From Marinobacter sp. (GTDB lineage Bacteria > Pseudomonadota > Gammaproteobacteria > Pseudomonadales > Oleiphilaceae): a DNA stretch of 64,000 bases. The DNA lies in assembly GCA_040223075.1 (NCBI GenBank), contig JAVJZJ010000172.1, positions 14,114 to 78,113 on the forward strand, written 5' to 3'. The first letter of the stretch is position 1; each line of letters opens with the position of its first letter. Both the position numbers and the translations under genes were made by a program. The notes beneath the pieces were generated by a model. That model was not told the DNA's origin and searched no databases. It saw only the letters and a program-made list of their open reading frames with translations. Positions 63,700 to 64,000 of the stretch are shown here, piece by piece.

Positions 63700-64000
63700 T
63701 CAGCGTTTGGCACGGGCATTATCCAGTTTCCGGCAGAAGAGTTGTGAGCCTTCCAGCATGCGGGGCGTCGGGCGCTGCACCAGGGACGGCGGAATGAAAT
63801 AAAGATTGTCTTTGGCGGTGGCTTCGATGCCGGGAAACGCCTCCCAGCGGGTCAACCAGTGCCGGTTCTCTTCGCCCATGCCGCCAGCGAGGATGGCTTC
63901 CGGGTTGGCACCGATCACGGCTTCGGGGCTGATGCGTGGCACCAGTCGGTCCAGGTCGCCGAAGACATTAAAGCCCCCACACAGGGTGATGACCTTGCCG
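63700..64000 (-). CDS. Periplasmic substrate-binding protein (BtuF-like), C-terminal part; the gene continues beyond the right edge
   Basis: The minus frame stays open upstream of the track Met at 63942 (my translation is ...GKVITLCGGFNVFGDLDRLVPRISPEAVIGANPEAIL...). The C-terminus ...YFIPPSLVQRPTPRMLEG... is typical of class III solute-binding proteins. Confidence 0.6.
   Translation of the reverse strand, partial: GKVITLCGGFNVFGDLDRLVPRISPEAVIGANPEAILAGGMGEENRHWLTRWEAFPGIEATAKDNLYFIPPSLVQRPTPRMLEGSQLFCRKLDNARAKR

Noticed and set aside
1-64000. CRISPR arrays, tRNA/rRNA genes, IS elements with terminal inverted repeats
   Set aside because: I noticed no regularly spaced direct repeats, no tRNA-like T-arm/acceptor patterns and no transposase ORFs while reading both strands. 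Small ncRNAs cannot be excluded without tools.

Overview
This is a 64-kb chromosomal window from a gammaproteobacterium with about 58-60% GC. The gene content (PomAB-type stator, Flp/Tad pilus genes, many GGDEF/EAL proteins, DUF1302/DUF1329) looks Marinobacter- or Alteromonadales-like, but that is inference only. I saw no rRNA, tRNA or CRISPR array by eye.

Core content, left to right:
- The start of a tad-type pilus locus (flp, tadE-like, cpaB, and cpaC running off the left edge).
- Two tandem PAP2-like membrane paralogs, a DUF1232 protein and pomAB.
- An amt gene behind a good sigma54 promoter.
- An 8.5-kb same-strand block joining an RND pair to a MacB/FtsX-type ABC system and an AttH/CrtC-like lipocalin lipoprotein.
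- A mini K+ channel and a second RND pair.
- A copper-type TonB-dependent receptor divergent from regB/regA.
- A VolA/Pla-1-like lipase lipoprotein with DUF1302 and DUF1329.
- Three more c-di-GMP enzymes, cobS, an MFS transporter, a KefB/C-type antiporter, a Mut7-C protein, and a desaturase-like protein.
- Two LysR regulators, azoR and mgtC.
- A bluB-cobQ-cobO-btuDCF-like cobalamin block at the right edge.

Two AT-richer accessory regions stand out:
1. About 2.7-9.9 kb (about 50% GC in my spot counts). It carries an internally duplicated 461-aa orphan and a 199-aa orphan. It also carries a tightly coupled three-gene unit: an ankyrin-like protein, a full-length RecJ homolog in which every DHH/DHHA1 catalytic motif I can align is substituted, and a membrane diguanylate cyclase. 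I consider this unit the best candidate for an undescribed signalling or effector module.
2. About 55.4-59.0 kb (about 40% GC). This is a decayed chromosomal integron. The intI gene is cut to about 62 codons but still preceded by a canonical LexA box. Three structured attC sites and one 29-bp vestigial attC delimit four cassettes: a frameshifted HEPN gene, a VOC/glyoxalase gene, a DUF418 gene, and an inverted ccdAB pair with its own promoter.

All calls come from reading the sequence and from remembered family motifs. No database search was run.
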